Assembly: GCF_000315625.1 (NCBI RefSeq)
Contig: NW_005434663.1
Location: forward strand, 649,882-713,881
Length of the DNA: 64,000 nt
Reading direction: 5' to 3'
From: Guillardia theta CCMP2712
Taxonomy: Eukaryota > Protista > Cryptophyta
A program made the position numbers and the translations under genes. Positions 60,705 to 64,000 of this stretch are shown here, one piece after another; the first letter of the stretch is position 1; every line of letters begins with the position of its first letter. The notes under the pieces were generated by a model that ran no database searches, was not told where the DNA came from, and was given only the letters and a program-made list of their open reading frames with translations.

Positions 60705-62698
60705 CCCTGCAGGGCGAAGCTGAAGCCCAGGAGGCCGTTGAGCGTGCAAAGGCGATGGACAGGAAGCAGCAACTTCGGTGAGGAAGCTCTTTCATATCAT
60801 CAGTTGGATCCTCTCGTTGCCCCGCACGTCTCAAGCTCCGCCTCTCTTCCTCCTAGGAATGACCCATGACGTCCTCGCAGGCAATACACTCACATGAAGC
60901 GGTTCCCCTCGCACGCGGTGGAAGCCTATATCAAGAAGAGGATCAAGGAGCTGGCAGGTGCGATGAAGGGCGAAGGGGGCGAAGTTGCTCATCCTTGCGA
61001 GCAGAAGACAAGGAGCTCTTGAGCTACACGTGGGACGGTGGGAGCCACGATCACTATGACGTCCGCCAGGTGCAGACGAGCCGAGTGGGAGGAGTAGATG
61101 CGGGCGACTCGCAATTCTACAGCGTTTACGCCCCCCAGGGGTCCTCCCTGATCCTCGATCCTCCTCTCGTCAACAGGTACCTCGATCTACCCCCCGCCCT
61201 CTGCCTTCCTCCTCCTGACCTGTGTGCAAGGGAGAAGAGGGTCTGGCCGCAGCACTACAACAACCAGCTCAACCACAGGGCGCTGCCGACTGACGCCGAG
61301 CTCCTGATACATGTGAGCTGTGAAGAGGGGGGGAGGAAGCAGCCGTGGGACTGAACGTCTCTGTCAGATCGTCTGCACCTTCTTCGACTTGAGGTCGGAA
61401 GGCCATCTTCCCCTCGCTGTCCCTCCTCCGTCCCCTCCTCTGACACTGCACGACAGGCAGCGGGCTCCGGTCAATCTGAAACCGGCCGCTCCTGCAAACC
61501 CTTCGACCAGCCCGCAGGTCCTCAGGAGATCCCATGCGAGCTGCTACCTGAGCCCTTCTTTCATCCTCCAGGCTCCCATGGGCACGTCGTCCCCTTCGGC
61601 TCGTCCTTCGGCTCGTCCTTCGGAACTAGCACCTTCGGTGCTCCTAAACCCTGTGAGTGCTGATTTCTGTGTGATGAAATCTGCGTCATCTTTCTGCTCT
61701 TGCAACTTCTTCCTTGACCCCCTTCTTCCTCCTTCCTCCCATCCCTTCCCCGCTTGTCTCTTCGGCTCCTCCCCCACTTTGCTGATTGCATTTTCCAGCT
61801 CCATTCGGCTCAATGCCTCAAACTCAAACTCCAGCTGTGCAGTCTACCAATGTACAAACAAGTAGCAGCAAGGTAAGGCTGCGATCCCCTCTCCTCATCT
61901 ATCCCTCCCCCCTGCCCTTCCTTCCCTTCCCTTGGTGCCATCAACTCTTCCCTGCCCCTCCTCTTGCCTCTACTCCTGTTCCTGTACCTTATCGATGGTG
62001 CCAGCAGGACGTCAAGTGGTTTAGCACCGAGCACTTCTTCGCTGCGCCCATGCCAGGTAGCAGGCTCGCTCGTCCTGCAGCCTTGAGCAGCACTGACAGT
62101 GTCCAACAGACTCGGAGGACAACGAGAAGTTCAACCGCGCAAGCATGAGCTCGATCCAGACTACGGTGATGCCCCGCCTTGCCACGTCTCCTGCTCCTGA
62201 CCTGAGACAAGGCCGACATGAAGCGAGAGCTGAAGAGCAAGCCCTTCTTGGAGGAGCGACTGTCTCATGGACGCGACAGGTGGAGGCTGAACTGTTCCAC
62301 TGGCTCCTCATCCTGTTGCTGGCAGTTTACACCCTGAGTCGCACAAGATGTGTCCTCACTACGTGGTCTTCCTGGAGAAGCGACAGGTCAGTGCACGGCC
62401 TGTCCTTGAGTTTCTTCCCAACCTCATGGATGTTGTCAGAGCCTCGGGGCATCGAGCGCGGGGCTCTCGATGCGGAGCGACATGGAACAGGTTGACAGAG
62501 GGCCCGGCGCTTGCAGCCTAACTTACTAAGTTACGACATACTCAGGTGGTCCCTCGGCCCGGGCCAGACAACCTCTTCGACGCCCTGGCGGTGCTGGCGA
62601 TAGAAGTGAAGCTGAGGAACAAGGGGAAGCTCGGGATGCTCGACCTCAACCACCCGAGTCTCAACCTGATGTCATTTGTTCCCGCTGAGCTAGCATGA
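58318..62698 (+). CDS. TMEM209: TMEM209/NET31-family nuclear envelope protein
   Basis: Two N-terminal TM segments, an S/P-rich region, YIKKRIKELA...YTWDGG, LPTDAELLIH|IVCTFFDL and C-terminal HNLFDALAVL...GKLGMLDL. Start codon uncertain. Confidence 0.82.
60666..60703 (+). repeat. (CAG)~12 coding polyglutamine tract
   Basis: Directly visible within a TMEM209 exon (PFQQQQQQQQQQQQTLQ). Confidence 0.85.
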
Positions 62699-64000
62699 AT
62701 GGACTGATTGACATCTCAAGCGAGTCATTCGAGTCATTCCCGTAGCCGGCTCAGCATTAAGGCTTTACTCAACACTGAGTGGCCGCTGCCGGCCCCTGAG
62801 AGCAGTCAGAATCGCTAAAATCCATGAGCTAATTCTGTTTACCCCGAGGCAGCTCAGGTTACAGGTTGTCCGGGGCCCATCATGAGTCATTTCGCCGGTT
62901 GTCATCCTGCCAACATTCCTTGTCTTGTCAATCTTGCTCTGCCTGCTAAGTTTCCCCGGATCGCTCGACCTAACGGTCACTTTCCAACTACCCCACCTAC
63001 CCTTCGAGGCTATGACGTTCCCACCAAAGCACCGCTAGCACGAGCTTTCCAGTCGGTCTCGCTTGAGTCAAATTCATATACAAAACAATATTGACTGATT
63101 TATCATGGTACTCCTTGAACTCTATGCAGTATTCGCACCCCCACCCCTGATCGATGTAGTACTGAGGGGTGGGTGATAATTTTTTGATGATCAAGGGGTC
63201 ACTAATTTTACCGAGGTCATCGAGGTAGGGTCATGAGCCCTAGGGGGTCCTAGAGAGTTCCTAGCATGATAGAAATTCTAGAACAATAACGGCTCAGCCC
63301 TAGTACGGTGGGGGTGGAAAGGCAGTGGTGGGGTAGTGGTATCACTGAGAAATGAACCAGGAAGGAACAATGATTCAACATCGGGGGTAGGGTGGATTTA
63401 AAGATTTGAAGGCACTGGTGGGTCATCGGCACAACTACCCATTGGATTTAGGTGTTATAGACGGGTGAATTCGGGACTAAAAAAAAATGACGCGGTATCC
63501 GATTACGGTAGGAGGGGTGGTATCACACGAATTCAGGGGTCACTGAATTTGGTAGGTAGGGGCCCTCTGAGGGGTCAAGGGGGTTCCTAGAGTTGAACGT
63601 TTTCTCGTGGGGCGTATGTGAACGTGAGAGGTTCCAACGGTGGGGGTGGTTTTGATCGTTACAAGGGTCGTATGCCGTGAAGAGGGGGGTCCACATGAAT
63701 GAGGGTACATATTCCTGTGGATTTCAAGGGGTACAAGCTAGACTTTTTGAGGGTAGGGGTAGTGAGAAAGGGTGTAGTCCCCTGAAGGTGGTGTGTAGGT
63801 TGGTAATTACGAGGATCAGATGAGGTTGGGGGCAAGACACGGGTAGGGTAGTAACAGTTATCTATTAATCTTAGTAATAGGGGGTACGTAGACTGAATCG
63901 GTGGGGTGGAGGACCCTACCTCAATCATCACAAGGTGTTTTACTTTGGAGGGTGGGGTGGGTGGCAAGGAAAGAAATCTTTGATAGGAGGGGGTCCAGGT

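Noticed and set aside
1-64000. CRISPR array, rRNA, transposase/RT genes, telomeric repeats
   Set aside because: No repeat-spacer periodicity, rRNA signatures, TE enzyme motifs or regular telomere units were seen.

Overview
Intron-rich eukaryotic nuclear DNA. The ~45-55 nt introns with CTGAC/TTGAC-like branch points and the gene families suggest a Guillardia-type cryptophyte (inference). I reconstruct 18 protein-coding genes by manual splicing: a giant secreted beta-repeat protein, a coiled-coil/Zn-finger protein, a P1B Cu-type ATPase, an ankyrin protein, a HEAT protein, cytochrome c, a LysM protein, an EF-hand light chain, a PDZ/coiled-coil protein, a ~3,300-aa NACHT-WD40 protein, a discoidin/GT-like protein, an epiplastin-like protein, a type II membrane glycoprotein, a PAM2/SAM-like protein, PCIF1, NUFIP1, INTS14 and TMEM209. 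Three observations stand out. (1) Domains are repeatedly nested inside other domains. The STAND NTPase carries an EF-hand pair inside its NWD-type N-terminal module followed by cNMP-binding domains, plus a cNMP domain inside a C2 domain inside the WD40 region. The Cu-ATPase has a C-terminal HMA domain inserted into another HMA domain. (2) Gene strand alternates almost perfectly, with tiny convergent gaps and divergent spacers built from a shared motif vocabulary. (3) A ~160-bp foldback element has a second arm copy 7 kb away. No rRNA, tRNA, CRISPR or transposase was recognised. All exon models are unverified manual predictions.
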